Assembly: GCA_951406725.2 (NCBI GenBank) | Contig: OX597816.1 | Location: forward strand, 18,786,001-18,850,000 | Length of the DNA stretch: 64,000 nt | Reading direction: 5' to 3' | Origin: Octopus vulgaris | Lineage: Eukaryota | Shown: one piece after another, positions 40,546 through 57,846 of the stretch | How positions within the stretch are numbered: the stretch's first letter is position 1 | Layout of the letters: every line of letters begins with the position of its first letter | The notes under the pieces: model-generated | What the model was told of the DNA's origin: nothing | The model's database searches: none | Seen by the model: the letters and a program-made list of their open reading frames with translations, nothing else | Made by a program: the position numbers and the translations under genes

Positions 40546-41066
40546 ACGAGCAAAACTGCCCTCGTCCAATGGACGGTGCTGAATGATATCTGCTGAATGA
40601 AAAGCAATCAATGTTTTCTGTTCATTAAAAAATATTTAAGCATGCCTTTATTTCAATAAAATTTTTGGTTTTGTTAAAAAAGTCAAAGAAAAAAAGGAAA
40701 CTTCTTGAGAAACCGAATAGTCTTTCCTTCCTTCATGCCAAGTTTGAAGACAATATCTCTTTTGCATCTTATTTTTTTGGTCTCTTAAATATACTGCATT
40801 TTGTAGCATTTTTTATCGTGTACGCGTAGTATCTATCGCAACAGATGATGTACTTTCGCGTACAAATGCACGTTCCCATGGCTTTATTGATCGCATTCTC
40901 ACCTGGAATCGATTTTTGTAATTTTTTCAAGGCCTATACACGCCCTGATATCGTCGGTAACTTCATATCAAATTTCAGCGCAATCGGATGGAGGATGCCC
41001 GAGAAGACACACACGCAGACAGACAGAACGGATTTTATATAATATTTATTTATATATATATATAGA
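40546..41066 (-). mobile_element. Non-autonomous Helitron/Helentron-like element
   Basis: Subterminal hairpin cgtcca-a-tggacg ~15 nt from a CTCGT (CTAGT-like) end. The other end has aaatttcagcgcaatcgg...cagacagacaga. Inserted in (TA)n. Confidence 0.5.
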
Positions 41067-43564
41067 TGTGTGAAGAATTTCGATAATATCCTAATAAACT
41101 TTCTCAAAATTAGAACATTGTTAAACCTCAGCTGTATTTCGATTTAGTAGATCCGGTGAGAAATAATTTAATTTAATATGATATAGGCATGAGCCATTCT
41201 ATTCATATTATTTGGGTAGACGTTAACGTTCTCAACATTTTTCGCCTCCTCTCGCATTCACTAATTCCAATACAAAGCAATCAAACGATTTCAGTACAAC
41301 GTAGACTTCGTCGATAAATTATATGGCTTTGATCTCTTTCCTAAGGCTTTTGATTGTAAGCTAAATTTTCAAAATTGAAAGAACACAAGATAATGCCATT
41401 AACGCATTTTTATTTGGTCTTTTAGTTGTACATTGAGTAATTAATTTCGTCTGCTTTAACTGCAGGCCGTGAATTATGCAAAATCTACTAAATTTTCACC
41501 TAACTTTGTTTGCAGCCAATGAATTAAATTTACTAGTAACATATCTCATAGTTTACCATTTACTAAATATATGAAACCACTTGAATATACCAGCACCCAC
41601 TTAATACTGGCAGTATTAGAGGTTACTGATTAGTTCATGTGGAAGGTGAGAAAAATCAAATAGGGTGCTTGTATTGTCTGTACACTCCATTCTAATACAT
41701 ACCCATAGTGTAATTTCAACAGAAACTGAAGATTACAAAAAGCATTATTATTTTACCCCACAATATTTCTTTATGATATTATTATATAGAGAATAATAAC
41801 TCTTATAATATTTTTATGATTACTGCATCACTCCATCAAAAATATCGTGTCTCATGACAAACAGCAGACTACACAATTTCAACCTTATTCTGAATCGGAG
41901 GTGTGAAACCAGAGTTATAAATTATCTAGACGAATATTATATTGTTCGCGTCAGGTCATTCGGAACGTGTGAAATCTATAATCATGTCTAGAGAATCAGT
42001 GACGTGATAACTGAAGCGTTTACATATTTTAATGCATTGAAAATAATTAAATTTATTCAATGTTACGTAGAGTCGAACGTGAACAATGTTGCAGCTTGAA
42101 CATTAATAACCTTGGCCTTTTGCTTTAATTTCACATATTAACCACTTTCTAGATTTTAGAGCATTCATTAATGACAGACAGTGTATTACATATTCTAAAG
42201 GCTGTAAATTCCAATAGTGTGTACTTTAATGGAAACGGTGACTGCTCGTGTCTTGAATATTCCATTTTTGTATCGGTTTTCTTCATTAGCATTGCCAGAC
42301 CATTTATCATCGTGGCCTGGAAAGTTACAGATGAAGTAAAACTGATATAAGACAAATATTAAGCAGCAACAGCGTACATCTTTTGATGTGTTTTTCTTCA
42401 GAGTATTGATAAACATTAAGCCTGTCCGCTTAATTATTTACTGTACTTAATGTCATAATAAATACAGCAATTATCTTTCTTTAAAACTCATGTCATCGGA
42501 AATGCAAAAGTGTTATAGACATAAATTATTAATGATATAAAAAAACAAAAAAACAATTGATTTTTAACGCAGGCCGAAAGCCACATATTTTAGGGGAGGA
42601 AAATTAATTGAATTGATCTACGAGTTCACTTGCACTTTTTTTGTACTCAACCCTGACAGATGAAAGGCAAAAATCAATGTGAATAGGATTAAAATTTAAA
42701 AGCTACTAACAAAAATATAATATAATTTTCTATGTTACTCTGCCATTTCTACCCCATGCAATTTTAATGATAATAAATTCCACATGATGTATAAATAACG
42801 GGGAATAATTAAATGGGTGAAAGTGTAGCGGGATGGTTAAATAAATTAGGGTTCACTCTAAATTATGACTTCTATACAAGCGTGAGAGAGAAAGAATTTG
42901 TAATTTACTTCAAACGATTTATTTAATATTTAATTTTTAAGTGGAGGGTATAAATCAAATAAGGCCCACTTCTAGAAAGTGGTAGAAAAATTCCTTTCAC
43001 AAGTTTGATACTTGAGATCCTTTTCGGTAGTGATGATTGTCAAATGTAAAAGAATGGTAAATGGGTTTTCGTTTAGGTGCAAGATGAGAATGTTTCGAGT
43101 GTGACGGGATGAGAAGATTACATTGATGCACTATTTGACTAATCCTATCCTATATTTCATAAACGCCAGAGGGTTGGAAGGTGATATTAATATCATGATG
43201 ACTTGATAATCACTGTAACATAGAGCAATAGGAACAAAAGCAAAATAATTATAATGTTAAATAAAGTTGGATACTTCTTCTGCGCATGTTCACGTGAATG
43301 GTTGAAATCTCAGTACAACTAACTGAAAATTTTACTAATCATAATATATTTTACCAGCCACATGAGTGGGCGTTGAAACAATTAACCATTATGTCAGTCT
43401 CTATTTATATTATTTACATTTGACGGATAATTTTCCTCATCTTGTTTCTTGTTAACACAACCTTTTGGCTGATATACGCTCCAGGTGTCTTGGGGAACTT
43501 TCTAACCAGGGTTCACATCCCTAAGGTATTTTTCGATGTTATTCTTCTTATTGACACTGTGATA

Positions 43565-43770
43565 AACGATCCCTATTGATCGTTTTTTTCTTTTTCCCTA
43601 TTTTTCCTTTTTTCTTCTTTTTTTTCTTTTTCTTTTCTTTTGTTTCTTTTCCTTTTACGATCTCTTTTGATCGAAAACCTACCCCCCTTTTCTTTTCTCC
43701 AAAAAAAGAAAAGCTCTACTTTGTAATCTGTCCCGTCTGTGTGCAGCCATGTGTGGCTTATAATGAAACA
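43565..43770 (+). mobile_element. T-rich 3' end of an unclassified retroelement; reverse copy at ~59396-59585
   Basis: aaagctctactttgtaatctgtcccgtctg(t/c)gtgcagcc(a/c)tgtgtggct is shared by both copies. Confidence 0.65.
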
Positions 43771-43985
43771 TATTCTTCTTATTGTTATTCAGGTCACTGC
43801 CTGGAATCGAACTCGGAATCTTGGCCCTAGTAGCCCGCGCTCTTAACCACTACGCGATATGCTGTGGGCAATTAGGGAGTGAATTTTAGGGCTTGTAAAT
43901 CTAATATTTTCCTATCCTTCCTTAATATGCTACTCACATCTTCACTAGTTCTGCTTAGAGCGTATGAATAACACGCACCAAGTAT

Positions 43986-44120
43986 GAATTTATGACATCT
44001 GTATACCGCAAGCCGACCTTTACTGGACGATACCTCAACTTCAACTCCCACCATCCATACCGCGTAAAGAAAGGGATTGCTTAGTGCCTAAAAGATCGAG
44101 CAAAGAATATAAGCAGCGAT
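43986..44120 (+). mobile_element. Penelope-like RT C-terminal (thumb) fragment
   Basis: Manual translation EFMTSVYRKPTFTGRYLNFNSHHPYRVKKGIA*CLKDRAKNISSD fits the PLE pattern T.VYRKPT...YL.F.S.HP...K......RA. Confidence 0.8.
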
Positions 44121-44399
44121 CGGATATTAATGATAAATATATTATCTCTGCCTCGGATCCTTTTACTATACAGATTACCTGTTTCCAATAAATACTTGAA
44201 ATAACGGTTAGGTCTATATATTTGTTTATCGTCCTGCTCGAATTATTGAAACAATAATTTCTTATCGATTATTCGTGTCCATGATATAAGTATCATTTTT
44301 ACCATTGATAACTGAAAATATTAGATTCGAAATTGTGTAGTATATATCCCTAACAATTTCCTTCAATATTGTCGGTGTATATTACACTGTCTACTTCAT

Positions 44400-44630
44400 T
44401 TACTCTTTCTTTTACTTGTTTCAGTCATTTGACTGTGGCCTTGCTGTAGCACCGCCTCTATTCGAGCAAATCTACCCCAGGGTTTATTCTTTATAAGCTT
44501 AGTGCTAATTCTATCGGTCTCTTTTGCGGAACGGCTAAGTTACAGGGACGTAAACACACAAGCATTGGTCGTCAAGCGATGTTGGATGGGGTACAAACAG
44601 ACACACAAACATATATACACACACACACAC

Positions 44631-44679
<49 letters not shown>

Positions 44680-44853
44680 TACATATATACGACGGGTTTC
44701 TTTCAGTTTCTGTCAACCAAATCCGCTCACAAGGCTTTGGTCGGCCCGAGGCTATAGTAGAAGACACTTCTCCAAGGTGGCATGCAGTGGGATTGAACAT
44801 GGAACCGTGTGGTTCGTAAGCATGTTACTTAGTACACAGCCACTCCTACGCCT
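44400..44853 (-). mobile_element. SINE family 3
   Basis: Same structure as 8378-8764. Confidence 0.85.
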
Positions 44854-47800
44854 ATATTTGTTCTTAAATAAATTTTTCTTCTTCTAATGAGTTGTTTATA
44901 TTCTGTGCTGATTTATCCCCTCGGCATAACGGAAATTTAGCTAAATGATACGATATTTAATGGAATATTTAATTAATGCCGCAGAGGTGTGATGCCTTGG
45001 TTTCTTTTTCTTGTTTAGATACTTTCGTAAAAGCTTAGTTACTAAACACAAGCATATAAGTTTGTAAAGTGGACAGTTTTATGGCGGTTAAGTCTAAATG
45101 TTCGAGTAAAAACTAAACTATAATAGAAGAATTACGGAGATGTTCTTGCATAGCAAGTGACCTGATCTGAGATCGTGTGCTGAAACAAAAACAATTGCAG
45201 CGTGGAAGGTGTTTATAAGCCATTTAAAAACACAAAAACTGTTAGATTCACTTGAATATTTAAATTTAATTTGCCAAAATATTTTTGTTGCTATGAGACA
45301 TTGACCTGCTCATTGACAAACTTCCGTGCTTTATAATAGAAGAATATGTCTAAAATGATGTATAATATTAATTATAATTATAAAAGTATTCTCTTTATCC
45401 TTTCTAATGTAGTATTACTTTAGAGCAGCACTGTGGTATACGTATGACATAGACGTAGGATCCTAAAAAGCATTGGAGAATATCAGCAGCAAAGCCATCC
45501 AGTGATGAAAATTATCCGGTGGTAACGGTGGAATTGCTAAATCTGGATTTCTGCGTATTTGCGCATCAACAGTATCAAGCAACGTCTAACAACCTGATAC
45601 TTAAACAAATTTAAGCACTGCTGATTGAGAAAAAACAGTAATTAAAGATTTGCAGCTGTTACAAATAGATGGTAGGCTCTCAGAAACATGTCATACATTT
45701 CTTCGCAGTGTATCTGAAGAGAAAATGAGATCGTATTTGCGAAAATAAGAAACACCTGAGTCCAAATTGATATTTCAAAAACGCAATCATCAAAACAAGT
45801 TCCACAGATTCGTAATAATTTTGTGCACATCACTTTCACTACCGAACACTAAGAGTGTGTAAAGTAGAAAAAAAATGACATTCATGATAATTCAAAAATT
45901 ATTAATATGCCATTATCTAATACAATACTGTGCTAAAGCAGACATAATAGATTATATATTACAGTAAAAATATAAGTCTAATCGGGAATAACATCAAAGC
46001 AACAACAGCATCGGAATTAAATACTAATGACAGAGCAGCGGTAATCATGATTTCTTATGCTAAGCATTTGCTCCTCAAGCAACAAAGCCATGAATAATCA
46101 ATGATGCTAAATCATACACAGCGGATTTTTATGATTATACACTGAAAATGGGGCATAAATATCGGTGTAGTTATGGATAAGTGTAGCTGAAGGTAGCTTG
46201 TGACTACGTCGTCGCAAATTCGAATCAGTGCATGTCATGTGTGAGTAATTTCTTGGTGCACCTTATGTGTTGTCCATTTTTTGTTGATGGAAACTTTTTT
46301 TAAGCGTTCCTTATGGGTGTATATATATATATTACTTTGTCTCTCTCTCTCTATCTCCCTTGTTTTTTTCTTTTTTGTATTTTTGCATTTATATTCGTGT
46401 AACATTGTCTGGTTTTCCGTCCTTGTTTGCGTATACATTCGATGCTTTTTTCCAAGGAATCTAATGCTCTTGGTTTAGTCTTTCCATGGGGTTGGCCAGA
46501 TTGGAGAAATCTCAAGATTAATCAGCCGAAATTGCGAGGATGATCCGGTTCTTGACTGCAGATAAAAGTCTTGACCAAAATACGGAATGGGGTGTCCCAT
46601 TATGGATGCATTTGAATGTAACAGATAAAAGTTAAAATATAGCCTCTGCTGTCATGCATTTTGTAGCTCAAATATCCTACACTAGTTCTTATTTTATCAT
46701 TATCATTTTATCATTATCATTATCATTACCTAGCAATATGTTTCTGATTCTGCTTAAATATCGAGGAAAATGTAATCTTCCAATTCCACCCACAGTAAAT
46801 GGTTTCAGAGTACTTTCGAAGATATTTATACGAATTCATTGATTTGCACTAATGTGTAAAGCGGATTAATAATGATTAAATGTTCAGGCTTCTTGAAACC
46901 ACCTTTCTTTGTAAATAGACAAAACTTTTCTTGTCTAGTACGACCTTCAATGAGAATGGTTACATTTTTCATGAATATACTCTTGTGGTATCCTCATTGC
47001 CGTTTTAGAACAAACATGGAACTAGTGTGAAGAAAATTCTGGAAAAGATAGTATTTTAATCAAAACACAGTATTCTCAAGTACCCAATATTAATCATACT
47101 TTAATTTGTTATAATGAAGCAAATATAATAATTGATTTGTCGGAATGTATTAACGAGTACATTAATAAATTCATAACCTATAGAGCAATGTAACTTCTGA
47201 AATGATTATTCTGTAAAATTCTGACCATTTGGTCTCAACGCATTCACCATGAGCTACAATGTGGATGTTCACTCATTCTTAAAAGCTATTTGATTGCGCA
47301 AATTTAATGGACGAATGGCTTGTGGCTGTAGTGATATGAATGTAAACCACTTAGTTCTTATTAAATGGTCAAAATTATAGAGACTGTTGATTTAATCGAA
47401 ATACATTGATTAAAATTTCTCATGCATTACTATGGAATTTTGCTACATTCTTTTTCATTAGGATAAATCCTGCTTCCAATGAACTTTATTGTAACGTAGT
47501 TGGAGGATTCGGTGCAAGTTCGACGCGTATCTTGTACAAGAGATTTAAGTGATAATCACTTCGCAAAATACGTTTATATTTCTCTATTATAACTCTAAGC
47601 ATAAATATGTTTGTACTGTATTAATTTGGTGAAAGTTATTTCAGAAATACAATTCTGAAGTAAGCAATAATAAATCGCTGAACGAGGTATAAGCAGTAGC
47701 TGCACGACAATGTGAAGTATATTTGCCACTTAAATGTGGCTAACCACTAAGGGAGTCATGCTACTGTAGCTTATAGCCCCAGGAAATCATCTCTTCCATC

Positions 47801-48084
47801 TGCCTATTGACACACTTTCTGTGCCCTATATGCAAACTTGAAACTAAGTGTTCCATAATATATCGGTTACTCATAAAGCTAAACATGTTTATGAAGTTCC
47901 TTACTTTCCTTCGAATTCACATCGTGTAGTCCATCGTGAAGTTTTTCTCAATCGCAAATTCTTGATTTTCTTTCAATGGCTGCTATTCTATGAACGGTTG
48001 TTTCTTATTTCAGACGAAATCTTCCCAGTTACGGATATCTTGTTCTATACCGCCGTACTACTGTAAAATTCGTTGCGAATGCCG

Positions 48085-48237
48085 TCTCTGACACCACACC
48101 GGATGTTACCTTCGTCTGTGGGCACTGCTCACGGACCTGCCTTTCCCATATTGGACTTGTCAGTCATGAGCGTGCATGCGCGCAACATGGACAGCCTTCC
48201 TGATCTTCGTTCGCGAAGCCGAGCAATGATGATGACT
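48085..48237 (+). mobile_element. 3' end of an RTE-clade LINE
   Basis: Manual translation FVCGHCSRTCLSHIGLVSHERAC...* (C-terminal zinc finger), then hairpin cttcgttcgcgaag and an (ATG)n tail. Confidence 0.75.
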
Positions 48238-49334
48238 GTAAAATTCCTTGTGAATTTAATCCTAGTAAAAGAACTTGGGAAAAACTTCACTTGAGGTGTC
48301 GTATGGTGTCTCGATACATTTTCAACTGATGAGGGAGGGCTAAAGGTTCCTAGATTTGTGTAAAATAAAATGAAGGCGGTTAAGTTCAATATCACTTTAT
48401 TCATCACACTTATTGCAGCTGTTCTTCAGTTTTTCTAAGCCCTGTAGAAGAACTCGAATGTTTCAGCCACAACCATGCCTTTGCGAACTCTTAAAACTAT
48501 GAATATTTAGCAATTCTGCGTAAGCAACAAAATTCACCGAAAAGCCTTTTACAGATTGAAATATTTCTCAAATATATGTGAACAGGCCTGAAGTTTGTTC
48601 ACTGTTAGTCAATGCTTCGCTATCCTATCATACATTCTTTGCAATTTTATATGATATGAATGTTCTATCTGTATATACTTTAACAATATGTATTGCTTAT
48701 TCTCAATTAATATTTAATATTTCATTGTGTCTGGGGAGAGTCATTTTCTTTTGAAACATTTTCTTTTGAAACAAAAGGAAACGCAGTGTAAATAACGAAC
48801 AGAGTCAAAACAATTGATAAGGTCGCAAGACGCAACGAAAATTTTTGGACAATAAAAATAAGAAAATCGTGAAAATTTTACCGGTGAGTGTGTTACATAA
48901 TAAGGCACAAAAAAGGAAATGACTCTCCCCAGACACAATAGAATATGCTTCAACACACGAACTTATACAAAGAATCTTGCAAACCAAATCCCAGAACGAA
49001 ATTCAATATTTCACACGTGGTTTTAAATGTGCACATGCACTGAGATAACATCGACAGGTATTTGTGGATCCTAGATTACCTATTTTAATTTTTGAAAACC
49101 ATTCATGTTCACATAGCATTCTTGGTAATCGAGGCATGTAGAAAATACCTACGAGTATCATAAATCTGTAGGAATTTTCATTTCATACTTTTAAATTCTT
49201 ATCTCAGTTTTGGAAGAATGAACTTGGTTTATGTCAATGCATATGGATAAGAAGTGGTTTTACCAAACCATTAAACTACAAGTATTACAGTACTTTATCA
49301 GCGTGACACTGCTTTTAATGTCTTCAAAATGTAC

Positions 49335-49543
49335 TTACTCTTTTACTCTTTTACTTGTTTCAGTCATTTGACTGAGGCCAATTTGGAGCACCGCCTTTAG
49401 TCGAGCAAATCGAACCCAGGACTTATTCTTTGTAACCCTAGTACTTATTCTATCGTTTACGGTTGCCGAACTGCTAAGTTACGGGGATGTAAACACACCA
49501 GCGATGTTGGGAGGACAAACACAGACACACACACATACACACG

Positions 49544-49575
<32 letters not shown>
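49335..49575 (-). mobile_element. SINE family 3, 3' half (5' half at 57684-57846)
   Basis: ttttacttgtttcagtcatttgactg...ggacaaacacagacacac(TA)n; stops at the internal microsatellite. Confidence 0.8.
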
Positions 49576-49789
49576 ATGATAAATCTCATAGCGAGTTATA
49601 AACAGTAGCGGTAACACATCGTGACGCATAATTGCCATTTCATTTGAATATGGCTAACCCCTAAGGGTGGATGCTACTGTAGTTTGTAGCCCCAGGAAGA
49701 TATCTCCTCCAGCTGGCTATAGACACACTATCTGTGTCCTCTCAGTATTTGTGAAGGGGAGTCATCCTCCCCGTCTTCAACTCATGATA

Positions 49790-49834
49790 CACACGGACCC
49801 GAGTTTCAAGGTGTTTACGTTTCATCAGCGTGTG
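49790..49834 (-). ncRNA. Type-I hammerhead ribozyme motif (inverted copy)
   Basis: Exact reverse complement of 50157-50201. Confidence 0.75.
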
Positions 49835-50156
49835 ACAATCATGGTTGTCGACGAGAAGTCAGCTCCATTCACAAATACATATACTTTTTCCGTGTCGATT
49901 GACACTGATAGTGTGTCTATAGCCAGCTGGAGGAGATATCTTCCTGGGGCTACAAACTACAGTAGCATCCAGCCTTAGGGGTTAGCCATATTCAAATGGC
50001 AAATATGCGTCACGATGTGTTACCGCTACTGTTTATTACTCGCTCTGAGATTTATCATTGTTTGATTTCACTTTTTCAATATCAGTGTCAATCGACACTG
50101 GAAAAAGTATATGTATTTGTGAAGGGAGCTGACTTCTCGTCGACAACCATGATTGT

Positions 50157-50201
50157 CACACGCTGATGAAACGTAAACACCTTGAAACTCGGGTCCGTGT
50201 G
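50157..50201 (+). ncRNA. Type-I hammerhead ribozyme motif with canonical core
   Basis: cacacg-CTGATGA-aacgt/aaac/acctt-GAAA-ctcggg-TC-cgtgtg: 6-bp stem I, stem II with one mismatch, near-palindromic stem III. Predicted GUC cleavage after 50195. Confidence 0.78.
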
Positions 50202-50361
50202 TATCATGAGTTGAAAACGGGGAGGATGACTCCACTTCACAAATACTGAGAGGACACAGATAGTGTGTCTTCAGCCAGCTGGAGGAGATATCTTCCTGGG
50301 TCTACAAACTACAGTAGCATCCACCCTTAGGGGTTAGCCATATTCAAATGGCAAATATGCG

Positions 50362-50880
<519 letters not shown>

Positions 50881-51814
50881 GACTCCAAGCTACAGAAGGT
50901 CATAAATGAGGCGAGTGACCGGACATGCCTTCAGTCAGATCTACTGGCTGTTATCCAATGGGCAGAAAAAAACAATATGCTGCTGAACGAGGATAAATTT
51001 GAGCTAATCCACTTTGGAAAAGAGGATGCCCTGAAACTCCCATACTCCCTTCCTTCAGGTGAAACTCTCGCGGCGTCCAACAACATCAGAGACTTGGGAG
51101 TAATTGTGGACAACAACGTAAGCTGGGCCACTCATATAAACACCAAAGTTGACATGGCCCGCAGAATGTGTTCCTGGATTCTCAGAACTTTCCAGTCGAG
51201 AGATATCCACACCATTATCCTTCTCTTCTCCACTTTTGCCCGACCCCACCTTGAATACTGTTGTCCACTGTGGTCTCCCCACACAATACAAGGTATCAAA
51301 AAAGTCGAAGCACCTCAAAGGGCAATCACAAAAAAGATAGATGGCATGACAGGCCTCGACTATTGGGGTCGACTAGAAAAGCTAAAACTCTATTCTCTCC
51401 AACGTCGTCGTGAGCGCTACATCATCTGCATGATGTGGAAAATATTCCATCAGCATTGCCCAAATGATGTTGGCATCACCTTTAAGGTACATCCAAGGCT
51501 TGGGCCCCGTGCCATCCGCCCAAAACAAAAATCGCACTCTCATCTCATAACAACAATACGGCACAATTATTTCACCTCAATTGGCCCCGCTCTCTTTAAC
51601 ATTACACCAAAACACATTAAAACAGAAACTGACCCTATAGGGTTCAAGAAGTCTTTGGACAGATTCCTTCAAGAAATCCCGGATATGTCTCTGTAAACAA
51701 TAACTCTCTACTTGAGTGGGCCATAGTGCCCAAATTCTGACTTGAAAGACTTCACCAGGTGGTGCTATTAAGTTAGACATGGCCTGGGCCAATAATGGCC
51801 GAAACCTATCAAAG
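50881..51814 (+). mobile_element. LINE B: 5'-truncated CR1/L2-group LINE inserted in (TA)n
   Basis: ORF 50977..51696 contains [22 protein letters not shown] and [13 protein letters not shown]. The 3' UTR ends ggccaataatggccgaaacctatcaaag|(TA)n. Confidence 0.9.
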
Positions 51815-52588
<774 letters not shown>

Positions 52589-55500
52589 GATTGATTGATT
52601 GATTCTAGTTTCAGCTTATGAGCTGTGGCCATGCTGGGGCACCGCCATTTGGTGTTGCTACTTGGTTTCACTTCATGGAGGCTTTCTAGCAACTGCTATT
52701 TGGTGCATGAGAGAGTTCGATGCAGCTGCCCTCATCTGCCCCTCCTGCCGTGAAGTTGGTTCATCTGGGACACCTGACAGGAAGAGATCCAGCTTCATTT
52801 TAAAGACATCTGTATCCACCCCATGCAGGTCTCTCAGGTTCTTCGGGAGGATATTGAAGAGCTGTGGGCCTCGGAAGCCCAGGCTATCACAGTATATTGT
52901 CCTACATCTTGATGGCAGGTTTGGAGTCCTAGGCACCACGCAGTGGCGCCCAGTTCTGGCATTTGCGTAACTCTCGATGCCAAAGTTCAGGACACTTCCC
53001 TCCAGGATCTTCCAGATGTATATTATGGCATATCTTTCCCGCCTACGCTCCAGGGAATATAATTTTAATCTCTTGAGTCTTTCCCAGTAGCTTACATTCT
53101 GCATAGAGGCTATCTTCTTTGTGTAGCTTCGTTGGATCGCCTCAAATTCTGTGATCAACTTGACACTGGATGGTGACCATAGCTGAGAGCAATAGTCAAA
53201 GTGGCTGAGGACAAGTGTCTTCCAGAGGACCATCATGGTTTCTTGTTCTCTTGTTCTAAAGGTTCTAAGAATCCATCCAGCCAGCCGTCTACATTTCATT
53301 GTCAGTTTAGCAACATGTACATGAAAGGTCGCGTCATCACTCATGTGAATACCCAGGTCACGCACTGATTGTGCCTCTGGGATTGCAATCCCTCCGGGTC
53401 CAGTGTATTCATTGGGTATTGCATTCAGTTTTGCATGCTGATAGTATAAAGCTTGAAACTTTCCAGCATTGAACTGCATGCTATTCTTTTCAGCCCACTT
53501 GTATATTTCGTCCAGCTCACATTGCAGGTGTTTAGTGTCCTCAGGGTTCTGTATTGCCTGTGAAACTTTTGTATCATCTGCATAACTTGTGATCGTGGCT
53601 CTCTGCGTGGCTGAGGGCATGTCTGAGAGGGCCATTATGAACAGTAGTGGTCCCAGAACAGTGCCCTGCGGAACACCGCTCACTATTTGTGTGTTAATGG
53701 AGGTGGCCCCATTGGCTACTACCACCTGACTTCTATCCTTCAGAAAGTCATGAAGCCATTCTCCCAGTTTTCCAACTATGTTGAGATCACGCAGTTTGTG
53801 ACATATCATTCCATGATCGACTTTATCAAAGGCCTTTGCAAAGTCGAGATATATCACTTCCACATTTGAGTGGTTGAGCAGCCGTTTCAGCACCCAGTCA
53901 TAGTGTTGTAGGAGCTGAGTTAAACAGCTTCTCCCTGGTCGGAAACCATGTTGGGTGTCGGGCAGCAAGTCATTTTCTTCAAGGAAGGTGATCAGCTTCC
54001 TTCTGACTATTCGTTCCATGACCTTGCTGATGTGTGAGGTCAGAGAGATAGGTCTATAGTTCTTGGCTTCCGCTCTGCTACCTCCTTTATGAATGGGGCA
54101 TATTTTACCTTCCTTCAGTTTTCCTGGAAGTTTGCCAGCTGCAAGGAAGCTCTGAGAGAGGAACTGCAGTGGTCTTGCTAGGACTCTCTTACATGCTTTT
54201 AGGAGGATTGCCGGGAATCCATCGGGGCCAGTAGCTGAGTCTGTTTTCATTTCATCTATAGCCTTGGTTACATCGTCTTCATTTATATCGATGTAATCTA
54301 TCGTCGCCGCCTCTGATTTTATATCTGCAGTGGTAAAAAAGTCAGTTGGATTGGTGATTTGGAGATGCCCAAGGGGTGGAGTGAAAACACTCTTGAATTG
54401 CTCATTCAGTATTTCACTTACCCTCATTGGTTTTCCTGTAAGTGTGCCATCCCTTTCGAGGAGTGGCCCTATTCTACAGTGCACTGTAGCTGTTTCTTTG
54501 GCATACCTGTAGAAAGCTCTGGGGTTAGATTTTATGTTTTCTATAGCCCAGGCTTCTTTGTCTGCTCTTTCTTTTTCATGGGAGAGTTGCAGACATTTTT
54601 CGATTTCCAACAGTTTTATTTTTAGGCGGGACTTTTCACTGCTTTCAATCTGTTTGTTTAGGCGATTTGAAAATTTCGTACGCCGTCTCATTAAAATTTT
54701 CCTCTCTCTGGGGATTTTGTTCTTGTGTACAGTGGCCTTTCTCTCTGGGACACATTTGTAACATATGGCTTGCATTACAGACATGAATTGTTGAAGTTTC
54801 ACGTCAATGTCTGGCGAGGAGAGACATTCAGGCCAGTTTTGTTTGAGGATTTCTTTCTCAATTTGTTTCCAGTTTGCCTTATGGTAGTTCAAGCTGGAAA
54901 GATTTTGAGGGTTTCTTGTAGGCTGCATGTCCGTGCTCTCTTTTGGCCCGTACATGGTCAGCTCTACCATGTTGTGATCCGAGAGTAGTGTCGGTGTCAC
55001 TTTCACATTATGGATGAGATCCATGTCATTTGTGAAGCAGAGATCCAGTGTGTTACCTGCCCTGGTTGGTTGGAGTATTACCTGCTCCATGTACAGGGTG
55101 TTGATGAGGTTCAGGAGAGACCTCGCCTGTCCTCGTTCACATCTTGTCATTCCTGGGAGAGAAAGGCCCTCGGGCCATCTGACATTGGGCAGATTGAAGT
55201 CTCCCATAAGAAGCACACCTATGTGTTGTTCTAATGTGGTTAGAATTTCTTCTATTTTTATAAGGCAGTCTTCGAACTTGCCCACATGGCTTGGGGCATC
55301 TGGAGGGCGATATGTAGCACACACAACTACATCAAGTTGCCTAATATGTACAATTAGTGTGTCACACACCGAGTTTGAGTATGACAAGAGGACCTGGGGT
55401 GTGAGGTCCTCACGGATGTACATAGCAACACCTCCATGACTCCTTTCTTTCCTGTCGGTCCGTAGTACAGCATACTGTGGTATGTGTAACTCCGCATCTG

Positions 55501-55620
55501 CTATGTCCGGTTTCAGGTGCGTTTCTGTAAGTGCTATGCATAAGGCTTGATTGCATGCAACAAAGTCTCTCAGGAACGGGATCTTTGTCCTGTTACTGAG
55601 TGTTTGCAGTCCTCTGATGT

Positions 55621-56930
<1,310 letters not shown>

Positions 56931-56931
56931 G

Positions 56932-57515
<584 letters not shown>

Positions 57516-57528
57516 TATAAATATATAT

Positions 57529-57846
<318 letters not shown>

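Noticed and set aside
48811-48850. TTGATAA-g-gtc/gcaa/gac-GCAA-cg motif, with a homologue at ~1165-1200 (-), as a hammerhead
   Set aside because: It has GCAA instead of GAAA, no UH cleavage site and no stem I in either copy; at most a relic.
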